Assembly (NCBI GenBank): GCA_965207065.1
Contig: OZ242260.1
Coordinates: forward strand, 1,216,001-1,280,000
Direction: 5' to 3'
From: a bacterium
Lineage (GTDB): Bacteria; UBA8248
Length of the DNA: 64,000 nucleotides
A program made the position numbers and the translations under genes. Positions 21,254-35,608 of this stretch are shown piece by piece (the stretch's first letter is position 1; every line of letters starts with the position of its first letter). The notes under the pieces were generated by a model. That model did no database searches and was not told the DNA's origin. It saw nothing but the letters and a program-made list of their open reading frames with translations.

Positions 21254-21315
21254 CGACCAAATTAGTCGCCGACCCATCCAGTCGCATATATACGCTTCAA
21301 TCGAACTAATGTCAA
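21254..21315 (-). promoter_or_regulatory. isc promoter (TTGACA at 21310-21315) with two tandem IscR type-1-like operators
   Basis: CGACC-AAATT-AGTCG (21254-21268) and CGACC-CATCC-AGTCG (21270-21284), just downstream of a TATATA -10 candidate at 21287-21292. Confidence 0.6.
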
Positions 21316-21386
21316 GGGTTTGTGGCTATAGAATCAACACTTAAGAAGGAATGGGGACGGTAAATCAACGCCGAATACGTTCCCCT

Positions 21387-22556
21387 CTACCTCTTCTTCA
21401 CCAACTCCCACTTCCCCTTTCGCACCTGCACCAGGACGAGGGAATCGGCGCCCAGGCCGTTGTGGTCGTTTTTGGAGAAGCCATAAGTTCCGTTCAGTCC
21501 CGTGAAATACCGCGCTCCCTCCACGCCTGCGGGGATTCTCGCCCGGTTCGCGCCCACGCCCCGGGCGGACCACGCCAATATGCGCAGCGCGTCGACGGCG
21601 GCGGCGGCCGTCTCACCCGGCTCGCTTTTGTAGGTCTTCAGATACTCGTTCCGAAACGCCGTGAGGTCCCTCTTGACGGGGTGCGATTCGGGCAGAAGAT
21701 GGGCCGCCGTTAACCACGAGGCGGGGAACACCACGCCCTCGGCCGCTTTGTCCCCGCTTTTGGAGCCGAACATCCCTGGAGACGCATGCGAGAGATAGAG
21801 CGGCATATCGAGGTCGAGCGCCGCGCGGGCGCGCACCAAATCCACGCGCGACCCCCCGCGCGCCCAGTGCACGAAGCCCCCGACGCCGCGCCGGGAGGCG
21901 CGCTTCAGAAAGGGCAGGAAATTATGCTCGCCCGGCTTGAAGGATTCGTTCAGGAGGATGGACACCCCGAAATCAGGCGCGAGCGCGGTGATCTGCTCTC
22001 GCCCCTCCGTGCCGTAGCCCAGGGAGGAACCCAGCATCGCCGCGCGCTTGATTCCCCTGTCCTTCATGTGCCCAAGCATCAGGCGAACAGGCAGCGACGA
22101 GGGCCTTGCGGTGGAGAAAACCCACTGGCGAGCCGGAACGAGAATTTCCTCGGGCGCGGACAGGGTGAAAAGCGGCACCCGTTCTTCGTGCGCCGCTTTT
22201 GCGGCGGCGATGGAGGCGTAATGATCGACGGGCCCTATCACGGCGACGGATTTGTGCTTTCGAGCGAGTTCGCGAACTGCGGCGGCAGTCCCCTCGGAAC
22301 TTCCCTTGGTGTCGAGAGTGAGGAGAAAAATGCGCCCGCCGGCGACGCCCCTGCGGTTGATTCGCGCCATTTCGAGCAACATCGCGCTCCTGGCTTCGCG
22401 CCCCTCTATCGCGCCCGGGCCTGAGAGATCAAGCGCCAAGCCGACGACGATTCTCTCGGCCGCGACCGTATCCACGGCCCATGCGCAGACGCAAAAAAAA
22501 GCCGCCAGGGCCGTCATGCACCTGATGCGCCATCCGTTTTTGTTCGCCACGCTCAT
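21387..22556 (-). CDS. LivJ/LivK-type (periplasmic binding protein type 1) ABC substrate-binding protein, orphan
   Basis: Signal peptide; VGLALDLSGPGA, INRRGVAGGRI, AVIGP, FTGLNGTYGFS. Confidence 0.8.
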   Translation of the reverse strand: MSVANKNGWRIRCMTALAAFFCVCAWAVDTVAAERIVVGLALDLSGPGAIEGREARSAMLLEMARINRRGVAGGRIFLLTLDTKGSSEGTAAAVRELARKHKSVAVIGPVDHYASIAAAKAAHEERVPLFTLSAPEEILVPARQWVFSTARPSSLPVRLMLGHMKDRGIKRAAMLGSSLGYGTEGREQITALAPDFGVSILLNESFKPGEHNFLPFLKRASRRGVGGFVHWARGGSRVDLVRARAALDLDMPLYLSHASPGMFGSKSGDKAAEGVVFPASWLTAAHLLPESHPVKRDLTAFRNEYLKTYKSEPGETAAAAVDALRILAWSARGVGANRARIPAGVEGARYFTGLNGTYGFSKNDHNGLGADSLVLVQVRKGKWELVKKR

Positions 22557-22631
22557 GTTCTATCATTACCCCGAAACTTCGAGCGCCGTCATTGGAAACC
22601 CTAACACGCTTGATAACGGCTGGCCCGACGC

Positions 22632-23783
22632 ATGTCAAACAAAACGAAAAACAACCCGGATAGCCTGCGGCTCACTCCCCCCGAGCGCAGAAGGTTCCGA
22701 AGGCGCATCCTGAGCTGGTACGAGCGGGAGAAAAGAGAACTCCCCTGGCGCGGGGAGAAAGACCCCTACCGGATATGGGTGTCGGAGGCCATGCTCCAGC
22801 AGACCCGAGCGGGGACCGTTCGGCTACGCTACCCCGCATTCATCGAGCGGTTTCCGACCCTGGCCGCCCTGGCCGACGCGCCCCTGGACGCCGTCCTGGC
22901 CGAATGGCAGGGCCTCGGCTATTACGGCCGCGCGAGAAACTTACACCGCGCCGCACAGGAGGTGATGAAATTTGGCGGGAGTGCGATACCTAAGACGCGC
23001 GATGCATTGCTGGCCTTGCCGGGGGTCGGCCCCTACATGGCGGGGGCGGTCGCCAGCATCGCCTTCGGAGTGCGCTGCGCGGCCATTGACGGGAACGTCC
23101 TAAGAGTAATGAGCCGGATTCTCAACCTCTCGCTCCCCGTCGACACTCCACCCGCCCAAAAAACCATCCACGAAGAAACACAAGCGCTGGTTCCTCGCGC
23201 AAGGCCCGGCGACTTCAACCAGGCGCTGATGGACTTAGGCGCTAGTATCTGCCTGCCCAGAAACCCCGATTGCGCGCAATGCCCCGTCCGGGTTCTGTGC
23301 GCGGGGCACCTGGCCGGGACCCAGAACGCCCTGCCGGTGAAAACCGCCAAAAAGCCGCCCGAGCCCTATACCCTCTTTCAGTTCCGGGCGGAACGAAATG
23401 GACTGGTTCTTCTCACCCAAAGGGAGAAAACCGGCCTCTTCGGCGGCATGTGGGAGCTGCCCGGTTTTATGGTAGAGGGCCACAAAGAGAAGGCCGCCCC
23501 CCGCTGGTTGAGAGAACAGTGCGCGCTGCTCCTCGGTCCAGGCTGGCGGCCGGGACGCGAACTCGCCAGAATCACCAGAACGCTTACCCACAGGAAAATT
23601 CTGTTCGTCGTGCATCTGGCGGAAAATTTCGAGAAGACCTCGCCGCAAGCAGACCGCAACGGATTGCTGTGGGCGTCTGAGGAAGATTTCCGCACACTGG
23701 CCGTCTCCACCGCCCAGCGGGCTGCGTGGAGTGCTGCCAAAAGCGCGCTTCATAACCTGGAAGGAAAAAAGAACGATCGCTGA
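22632..23783 (+). CDS. mutY: A/G-specific adenine glycosylase
   Basis: RELPWR, WVSEAMLQQT, WQGLGYY, LPGVGPY, IDGNV, 4Fe-4S motif C-x6-C-x2-C-x5-C. Confidence 0.93.
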   Translation: MSNKTKNNPDSLRLTPPERRRFRRRILSWYEREKRELPWRGEKDPYRIWVSEAMLQQTRAGTVRLRYPAFIERFPTLAALADAPLDAVLAEWQGLGYYGRARNLHRAAQEVMKFGGSAIPKTRDALLALPGVGPYMAGAVASIAFGVRCAAIDGNVLRVMSRILNLSLPVDTPPAQKTIHEETQALVPRARPGDFNQALMDLGASICLPRNPDCAQCPVRVLCAGHLAGTQNALPVKTAKKPPEPYTLFQFRAERNGLVLLTQREKTGLFGGMWELPGFMVEGHKEKAAPRWLREQCALLLGPGWRPGRELARITRTLTHRKILFVVHLAENFEKTSPQADRNGLLWASEEDFRTLAVSTAQRAAWSAAKSALHNLEGKKNDR

Positions 23784-23826
23784 GGCACGGGGGCGCGCGC
23801 CGCCCCATGGATCTGTCCCTTGAAAC

Positions 23827-24729
23827 CTACCTGCCGAAGTGATCTGCCAGATAATTCTCGAGCGTTCTGGGCGTGAGGCCGAATGCTTCTTTCATGGGCG
23901 CCGGGTCGCACACGTTATCCTCGCCCAGCATCGTTATCTGATCTTCGGTGAAGGGGGGCTTCATCGGGAGCAGGTTGAACAGCTTGGCCTGTAAGCGCGC
24001 GACGGGCGTGGGCAGGGGCACGAGCAGCCTCTTTTTGCCCATCGCCTTGACCAGCATGGAGAGGATATCCCTTATCGGATACGCGGTGTCTCCACCCATA
24101 TCGTAGGTTTGTCCGATGGTCTCCGGCATGTTCAGGGACTGCGCGAAACAACGGCACACATCCTCCACCCAGATGGGCTGGAGCTTACCCCTTCCTCCGC
24201 CGATGAGGGGAAGGGCGGGCGCCATACGCGCGATGCCGGCGAAGGTGTTCAGGAATTCGTCGTTCTCACCGAATATGATGGAGGGCCTGAATATCGTCCA
24301 GTCCAGATCGCTTTCGCGCACGAACTGCTCGGCGGCGAATTTGGATTTATGGTAGCGGGCGACGGCGTTCTCCCGCGTGCCCAGAGCGCTCATGTGCACG
24401 AAACGCTTCACCCCCGCCTGTTCGGCGGCGGCCACCATTCGGCGCGTTCCCTCGGGATGAACCATCTCGAAACCGGGCGTTCCCTTCTCGATGATGATGC
24501 CCACGAGGTGCACCACGGCGTCTTGTTTCTTCATCAACTCGGCGAGTTGATCGACCGAATACTCCGTGATGTCGCCGCGCACGGGAAAGGCCCCGCTCAT
24601 CGTGGCGAGGCGCTGCCTCGCCGGTTCGGGGTCGCGCGAGAGCACCCTCGTCTCATGGCCCGCCAGCGACAGAAGCGAGAGAAGCGTGCCGCCGACATAT
24701 CCTGTTCCGCCCGTCAGAAAAACCTTCAT
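23827..24729 (-). CDS. Complex I NDUFA9-like atypical SDR (NAD-dependent epimerase/dehydratase)
   Basis: VFLTGGTGYVG, VHLVGII, HMSALG, YHKSK, FRPSIIFG, LQPIWVED. Confidence 0.85.
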   Translation of the reverse strand: MKVFLTGGTGYVGGTLLSLLSLAGHETRVLSRDPEPARQRLATMSGAFPVRGDITEYSVDQLAELMKKQDAVVHLVGIIIEKGTPGFEMVHPEGTRRMVAAAEQAGVKRFVHMSALGTRENAVARYHKSKFAAEQFVRESDLDWTIFRPSIIFGENDEFLNTFAGIARMAPALPLIGGGRGKLQPIWVEDVCRCFAQSLNMPETIGQTYDMGGDTAYPIRDILSMLVKAMGKKRLLVPLPTPVARLQAKLFNLLPMKPPFTEDQITMLGEDNVCDPAPMKEAFGLTPRTLENYLADHFGR

Positions 24730-26009
24730 GATTCACTTCCTCCCCGTTCATCTCCGATGCGCGTGACGGCGCCCACCGGAGGTTCGTTCTTCGTCAACTC
24801 ACGCAATACCTCGCTCGCATAGGACCCCGGCGGCAACATGAAGCCGAGGCGCAAACCCTCCTTGACCGGCCTCAGGCTCACCTCTTTCATTTGTATACGA
24901 TACGGACGCCTGGAGCCATGAAGCTTCAGCCTCTCCAGCCCGTCGAGAATCCCCGGATCCCCGACGCCGAAGGAGTCTAGCACGCTTCGTTCGAGTTTTC
25001 CCGCCTCCCCGCGGGCTTCGATGAGTTTACGGCCAATCAGGGGTCCCGCCGGGCTCACGTTAAATCGCTCAAGCGCGAGCGCCTCCGCCTCGGGCGCACC
25101 CACCCTCCTGGTCTTGCCCGTTTCGTGGTGAAAAATCACGTCGCCTGCCCATATGCGATCGTGCGCGCGCGCTTCGAGTCTTCTTGCGAGACACAGGTTG
25201 AACACGCAAGCCTGAAACGCGCCGCCATACAAGACCCGCTCCCTCAACGGAATCGAGGCCGCCGCCTGCCTGGGAGAAGCGCCTTGCTCCAAACGTGAGA
25301 GCGCTCGTCTTTCCGCCTCCCATGAGGGGGGATAGAGTTTCCTCGCCTCCTTGAAATCTTCCGCTTCATACTTGCGGGCGGCTTCCAAGAGGCGGGCGTC
25401 GACATCATCCGGCGCGAGGGAAAATCGCGCGTGACCCAGGAGCGCATCGAGAACGCCCCGCCAGTCTCCCCTCACGAGCGCAAACCCGACTTGCGCCGTA
25501 TGGCCGTGAACCCCGAATCTCTGATCACCGAACGCATTGGGCAATCCCCTCGCGGTGAGGCAATCCAGAATCTCTCGCGCTTTTTTCTCGGAATCGGGCG
25601 CGACGTCTCGAAGCAATATATCGAAGCGATTTCCCGCGAGCGCACCCCGCCTTATACGGGTTCGAGACCTGGCCAACTCCAGAATCCGGATTCCCTCTTG
25701 CTCCAGCCTCGAGACGGTGTCGGGAACCTTCTGTGTTTTCGTCCTGAAGGAAAACCACTGCCGCGTCACCGCATTGGCGTCTTTCATGCCCGCATAGCCC
25801 GCCTCCGCCTCGGGGGCGTCCAGTGTTCGGCACAAGGCGCGCATCGCCTCGATGGTGGAGACGCCCCGTTTCTCCACCCACAAGTGAAGATGTTCCCCAT
25901 CGCCGCTCGGAGGCGCGGACGGAATCTCTTCCACCCGGAAATCTTCCGGCCACGCGCGCGCGCGCCCGCCGATGCCGGGCACGGAATCGGTGAGATAAAC
26001 TCCCGCCAT
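24726..26009 (-). CDS. truD: tRNA pseudouridine(13) synthase
   Basis: PEDFRVEE, GYAGMKDANAVTRQW, GNRFDI, PNAFGDQRFG, LPPGSYA. Confidence 0.92.
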   Translation of the reverse strand: MAGVYLTDSVPGIGGRARAWPEDFRVEEIPSAPPSGDGEHLHLWVEKRGVSTIEAMRALCRTLDAPEAEAGYAGMKDANAVTRQWFSFRTKTQKVPDTVSRLEQEGIRILELARSRTRIRRGALAGNRFDILLRDVAPDSEKKAREILDCLTARGLPNAFGDQRFGVHGHTAQVGFALVRGDWRGVLDALLGHARFSLAPDDVDARLLEAARKYEAEDFKEARKLYPPSWEAERRALSRLEQGASPRQAAASIPLRERVLYGGAFQACVFNLCLARRLEARAHDRIWAGDVIFHHETGKTRRVGAPEAEALALERFNVSPAGPLIGRKLIEARGEAGKLERSVLDSFGVGDPGILDGLERLKLHGSRRPYRIQMKEVSLRPVKEGLRLGFMLPPGSYASEVLRELTKNEPPVGAVTRIGDERGGSES

Positions 26010-26170
26010 TTTTCTCTCCCCCGATATCAGGTGAAACGCTATTCCATCGCCTTCTTGCTAAAATCCGCCGGTTCGGTTCACTCGGTACGCCCCTTGGGGC
26101 TATACTCACCATTCCTGCCGAGCGGATTCCACCGGCGTCATTTACGGTTCACTTTCCATGAGGAACGAAC

Positions 26171-26689
26171 ATGTCCGGCATTTTCGACAAGACCTCTCTT
26201 TTTCTCGCGAGCATCGCGCTGCTCCTTGCGTTTCTGGCGTATCAGAAATCCGGCGAACTTCCCTGGGCTCCTGCGGGCCGCGCGGGAAGCCTCATCGTGA
26301 CCATTCTTCCCAAGCTCGTGATCGGCATGTTCATCGGCGCGCTTGTGGCCGAGGTGCTCCCCAAGGAAATCCTGCAGAACTGGCTCTCCGATCGCTCCGG
26401 CTGGCGCGGCATCTTCATCGGCTGGCTGGCGGGGTTCATGTTCCCCATGGGCGCGCCTTTCGTCCTCTACCCGCTCGTGGCCGGGCTGATGCAGGGAGGC
26501 GCGGGCTTCGGGCCGATGATAACAATGCTCACCTCGGCCGCCCTGATCGGTCCGGTGCGCGCGTTCGCGTATGAAATTCCCATTCTCGGAACGGAGTTCT
26601 TCACCTTCCGCGTCATCTCTGTATTCTGGATCCCGCCATTGGCGGGCATCGTCGCGCAAACACTCTGGCGCGCCCTGAAAAGCGGCTGA
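26171..26689 (+). CDS. Predicted permease (DUF318/ArsP-like)
   Basis: About 5 TMs; LPKEILQNWL...GW.GIFIG..AG...P.GAPF...P. Confidence 0.65.
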   Translation: MSGIFDKTSLFLASIALLLAFLAYQKSGELPWAPAGRAGSLIVTILPKLVIGMFIGALVAEVLPKEILQNWLSDRSGWRGIFIGWLAGFMFPMGAPFVLYPLVAGLMQGGAGFGPMITMLTSAALIGPVRAFAYEIPILGTEFFTFRVISVFWIPPLAGIVAQTLWRALKSG

Positions 26690-26713
26690 GCTGCGCAGGA
26701 TCTGATTTGAAGG

Positions 26714-27619
26714 CTACGCGCTTCGTTTGGGAACCTCGATGGGTAAATCTTCCCTGTCGCCCCACTCCTTCCAGGAGCCGAGATAGTTCCTGATCCTCGG
26801 GTAGCCGAGCAATCGGTAGACGAGATAGGCGTGCGCCGAGCGGTAGCCGCCCTGGCAGAGCGGCACCATTTCCTTATCGGGCGTCAGGCTCCTTGGTTCG
26901 AGCAGCCCCCGTAGTTCGGAAGCGGGCTTGAGCGAGCCATCCTCCGCGATGGCCTCGCTCCATTCCAGGTGGATCGAACCAGGAACCGCCCCGCCGCGTG
27001 CGGCCCGGACGTTCTCGGCGAAATACTCGCCCACCGAGCGCGTATCGTGAACCGCAACGTCCGAGTCGCCCAGATGGTTCAGTATGTAGTCCGCCGTGGC
27101 GATGCGGCCTTCCTCGCAGGACTTTAAGCGGCTCGCGAACGAGGTTCTCAGGATGCGCCTGTGCCCCTCCACGCCGGCTTCGTAGGGACCTCCCGCCATC
27201 GGCCAGGCGTCGCGCGTTACGGGCAGCCCTTCGGCCTTCCAGGCGTCGATGCCGCCGTCGAGGATGTGGACATCTTCATGGCCGAGATATTCCAGGAACC
27301 AGAACCCTCTCGCGGAGCGGAAACCCGAGTTTTCCTGATAGAAGACCACCGTCTTGCCGTAATCGACCCCTCGTATCTCCATGAGATAGGCGAGCATCCA
27401 GGTGAAAGCGGCCAGTGCCTGCGGACGGGTGTCGTTGAGCGAAATTCCGTAGAGGTCCAGATGCGCGGCGCCCTCGATGTGTCCCGCGCAAAACTCGGGC
27501 GCTTGCCGCGTGTCGATGATGACGAGATCGTCGCCCTTGTGCTCACCGATACGCTCTTTGAGTTGCGCGGGCGTGAGGGCGAGACCCGGATTCGCGTAGC
27601 CCTTTTGGTTCAACGGCAC
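26714..27619 (-). CDS. Tandem-domain rhodanese/thiosulfate sulfurtransferase
   Basis: GHIEGA, ILDGGIDAW, catalytic CQGGYRS, NYLGSWKEW. Confidence 0.9.
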   Translation of the reverse strand: MPLNQKGYANPGLALTPAQLKERIGEHKGDDLVIIDTRQAPEFCAGHIEGAAHLDLYGISLNDTRPQALAAFTWMLAYLMEIRGVDYGKTVVFYQENSGFRSARGFWFLEYLGHEDVHILDGGIDAWKAEGLPVTRDAWPMAGGPYEAGVEGHRRILRTSFASRLKSCEEGRIATADYILNHLGDSDVAVHDTRSVGEYFAENVRAARGGAVPGSIHLEWSEAIAEDGSLKPASELRGLLEPRSLTPDKEMVPLCQGGYRSAHAYLVYRLLGYPRIRNYLGSWKEWGDREDLPIEVPKRSA

Positions 27620-27624
27620 GACCC

Positions 27625-28164
27625 TTACCGGAACTCGCGGGGGCTGAGCGGCTCAAGCCTGTCCGTGAGCTCCCTCGTCGTCGGCGAGGGCTGTAGCGGT
27701 CGCACGTACAATTTCGCCTTTCCCTCAGGGGTGACGAAGCGGTAGCTCAGCTTGGCTACCTGGTCGTAATTGTACCAGACATGCGTGTTGCGCTCCCCGC
27801 CGTAGGCCAGAATCAGATGAATCATCTCGACCGCTCCGCCGGGACCGGTGATGATTTCGAGCCGGTCGATATCGTGGGAAAAGGTTTCGTCTTTTCCTGT
27901 CGCCAGAACGATGGTGACGATGAGGTCGACGGGACGCTGGGGCTGCGCCGGCGTAAGCGGCGCCTGCAGCGGCGTCGCGGGCGCGGGAGGCGCCAGAACA
28001 GGAGCCGCCTGGGGCTGGCCAGGAACGGCCCCCGGTGGAGCAGGCTGCGTTTCGGGAGGGGTCAGCGGCGGCGTCAAGCTCTGGGCCTGGGCGCTCAAAG
28101 CAAGAAGGAACACCCCAAACACTGCGAGCAGTGACAATAAGAGCAATTTCTTTTTCGGGCGCAT
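27625..28164 (-). CDS. Hypothetical exported protein with Pro/Ala/Gln-rich linker
   Basis: Signal peptide (…SAQA), GGAGAG RBS, 5 nt upstream of the rhodanese gene. Confidence 0.65.
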   Translation of the reverse strand: MRPKKKLLLLSLLAVFGVFLLALSAQAQSLTPPLTPPETQPAPPGAVPGQPQAAPVLAPPAPATPLQAPLTPAQPQRPVDLIVTIVLATGKDETFSHDIDRLEIITGPGGAVEMIHLILAYGGERNTHVWYNYDQVAKLSYRFVTPEGKAKLYVRPLQPSPTTRELTDRLEPLSPREFR

Positions 28165-28242
28165 GATACTCTCCTTTTCGGGGGAGTCGTGAATTGTAAA
28201 TTATTTTTATTTATGACGTATCTGAGATTATACCCACATATC

Positions 28243-29838
28243 TCATTCCGGCGCATCCGCTGCGCAGCGAAACCCGTATGCGGGCAAACGGCGGTCGGGG
28301 AGGTCGCCCGTTCTGTGCGATGAGGCCAGCGCCCACCACCCGTTCACCCAGGAGCCGCCTTTGAGCGTTCTCAGCGGCCGGCCGTTTCTGCTTATCGGCC
28401 GGGCGTCTCCGGGCTTCGTCCTGAACTCATCCTCGACCCACTCCCAGACGTTCCCGGCCAGGTCCTCGACCCCGTGAACACTGGCGCCCTCAGGACGCCT
28501 TCCCACGGCCTTGGGGCCTCCCGCGTCAGGGCTCAAGCCGAAAACCGCGTTCCTGTCTCGCTGCGCGTTGCCCCAGGGATACCGCCTTCTCTTCCCCGCG
28601 CCCCGGGCGGCGTATTCCCATTCGGCCTCCGTGGGAAGCCGCTTCCCGGCCCACGCGCAGTAAGAGCGGGCCTCATCCCACGTCACCCCCACCACGGGCA
28701 GATGCGGACCGGTGAAGTGGACTTTCCGCCAAAAGGGAGGCTCTGCCTCACCCGTCGCCCGCACGAAATCCTCGTAAAGAGCGTTCGTTATCTCGAACTT
28801 GTCCAGACGAAACGACGCGACCTCAACGGGGCGACCGCCCTTTGCCCTGAGAGTCACGCGTCTGCGGCGTCTGCGCCTGCTCTGGCCGGTGAACTCAACG
28901 CCCATCGTGAAGCGCCCTCCGGGAATGTTCACCATTCCCTCGAGAGAGGGCTTGCGGACGGGTGGGAGCGGCCCAGGAGGTTCTTCATGTGAAGTCGGCG
29001 GTTTCATCTCTTCAGGTGCAGGCTCGGGGGGTGAGCGTTTCACGATTTCGGACCTGGACTCTGTTTTCGGCGTTTGTTGCGGCCCGGTCGACGGTTCTTC
29101 CGGCTCATGCTCTAAAGGCGCAGATTTAGCCGGGGATTCCGCGGGTTCTTCCTGTTTGCTTTCTTCCATCGGCAACCGTGGAGCGGGCAGGCCCTTGATG
29201 GCGCGCGCCTTGAGTACATGTTCGATATTGGCGAGTTCGGGCCACCTCGTCTTATCGAGTGAACCGAGCAGCGCTTTCGCCTCTTTCATCCGTCCGTAGC
29301 GATAAAACAGATATGCGAGTCCACGTCGTGCGCTGCCGCTTTCGGGGTAGCGCTCATTCGCACGATGAAAAATGAAAAAGGCTTCATCGGGACGATTCGA
29401 GTCATACAGGGTCCAGCCAAGGCCGGTAAGGGCATGGAGCAGCTCCGGCTCGTAAGCCAGCGCCTCGCGAAAATTCTTCTCGGCGAATTTGTAATCCTCT
29501 TGCCGGTACGCCGATTCTCCTATCGCGCTCAATGCTTCGGCTCGGCTCGGCTGGGGCGGCTCAAGATCCAGCGATGGTTCCGATTCCGCCGCGGACGCAG
29601 ATTCCCGGGGAGATAACGGCTTGCTCTCTGATGGTGGCGTAATTCGTGGTGCTGGAGAAAGTGTTCGATTGAGGGCTTGGACGGAAAGAGAGGCGGCCTG
29701 TTCCGTTTTCTGCTCCGGCACCGCCGCTTCCCCGCTGAGCGGCCCGGAGCCGCCGCATCCGGCAACCGTAATGGCAAGCGCGAGGAAACTCACCGACAGC
29801 CGAGACGGAAGCCTCGCCCATTCATTCTTTTTTTGCAT
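28243..29838 (-). CDS. Lipoprotein with TPR repeats and a C-terminal FGE-sulfatase (SUMF1-like) domain
   Basis: Lipobox VAGC; TPR-like helices; IPGGRFTMG, RLPTEAEWEYAARG, DLAGNVWEW, YGFRCA. Confidence 0.82.
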   Translation of the reverse strand: MQKKNEWARLPSRLSVSFLALAITVAGCGGSGPLSGEAAVPEQKTEQAASLSVQALNRTLSPAPRITPPSESKPLSPRESASAAESEPSLDLEPPQPSRAEALSAIGESAYRQEDYKFAEKNFREALAYEPELLHALTGLGWTLYDSNRPDEAFFIFHRANERYPESGSARRGLAYLFYRYGRMKEAKALLGSLDKTRWPELANIEHVLKARAIKGLPAPRLPMEESKQEEPAESPAKSAPLEHEPEEPSTGPQQTPKTESRSEIVKRSPPEPAPEEMKPPTSHEEPPGPLPPVRKPSLEGMVNIPGGRFTMGVEFTGQSRRRRRRRVTLRAKGGRPVEVASFRLDKFEITNALYEDFVRATGEAEPPFWRKVHFTGPHLPVVGVTWDEARSYCAWAGKRLPTEAEWEYAARGAGKRRRYPWGNAQRDRNAVFGLSPDAGGPKAVGRRPEGASVHGVEDLAGNVWEWVEDEFRTKPGDARPISRNGRPLRTLKGGSWVNGWWALASSHRTGDLPDRRLPAYGFRCAADAPE

Positions 29839-29852
29839 TACACACCCAGCGT

Positions 29853-32282
<2,430 letters not shown>

Positions 32283-32588
32283 GCTATCGAATTTCTCCTG
32301 CTGACGGCGCGAGTCAGAGGCCGTCCCAAAGGTGTGATGACCAGGCAGGGGCGAACCTAGGTGGGCGGAACGCAAACACTATCTTATACCACAAAAAGGG
32401 TTGCGTCGGCAAACCAAAGCAACTACTTGCGCTGCTTTTCCGGAGGGCGCAAGCGCCCTTTTTTCAAGGGTTTCAGGACTTGCGTTTTACTCGCCCGCCA
32501 GATTGCCCAAGAGGCTTCGTTCGTGGACAATAAGGCCACAACGCCTTAGTCAATTCCCGGTTTCTCCCTCTTGTCTTGGAGGAAAATC

Positions 32589-33056
32589 ATGCGGCCTCCC
32601 GAGAGATTCAAGCCTTTCGTCTCATTCACTCGCCTTGTTGTGGCCATCATCTTTGCGGTGGCTTTGCTCACCTCCTCGGTAGCGGTGGAAAGTCACAAGG
32701 ACGACCAAGAAGGGACTCACTCACCGGAAGTGGGGGACCTGATGGAAAAACTCGACGCGGATTTCGGCGCGCTTGTGAAGGCCGCCCTCATCGCCTCGGT
32801 TCAGGAACTCGTGAGCGAGACGCCATATGCGGCCATCGAAAAACAGGCGGTGTCCATCGCCGCCACGGCGAAAGTCCTGCCGAACGTAGAAGAATTCCGA
32901 GGGGATAATTCGATGCTCGTCCTCTCACGCCAACTCGAAGCCGCCGCCGATGGCCTTGCGAAGGCGGCAAGGAACAAAAACCTGGACGCGACCGTCAAGG
33001 CGCTGGTGGCAATACACGGCGCATGCGTACGCTGTCACGAGGACGCGCGCTTCTAG
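32589..33056 (+). CDS. Exported class II (c'-like) cytochrome c
   Basis: Signal peptide, helical body, single C-terminal CxxCH (CVRCH); GGAGGA RBS. Confidence 0.75.
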   Translation: MRPPERFKPFVSFTRLVVAIIFAVALLTSSVAVESHKDDQEGTHSPEVGDLMEKLDADFGALVKAALIASVQELVSETPYAAIEKQAVSIAATAKVLPNVEEFRGDNSMLVLSRQLEAAADGLAKAARNKNLDATVKALVAIHGACVRCHEDARF

Positions 33057-33100
33057 GTTTCGTGGGACCATCAGGCCTTCGCGCGCAGCGGGAGAGAGCG

Positions 33101-35608
<2,508 letters not shown>

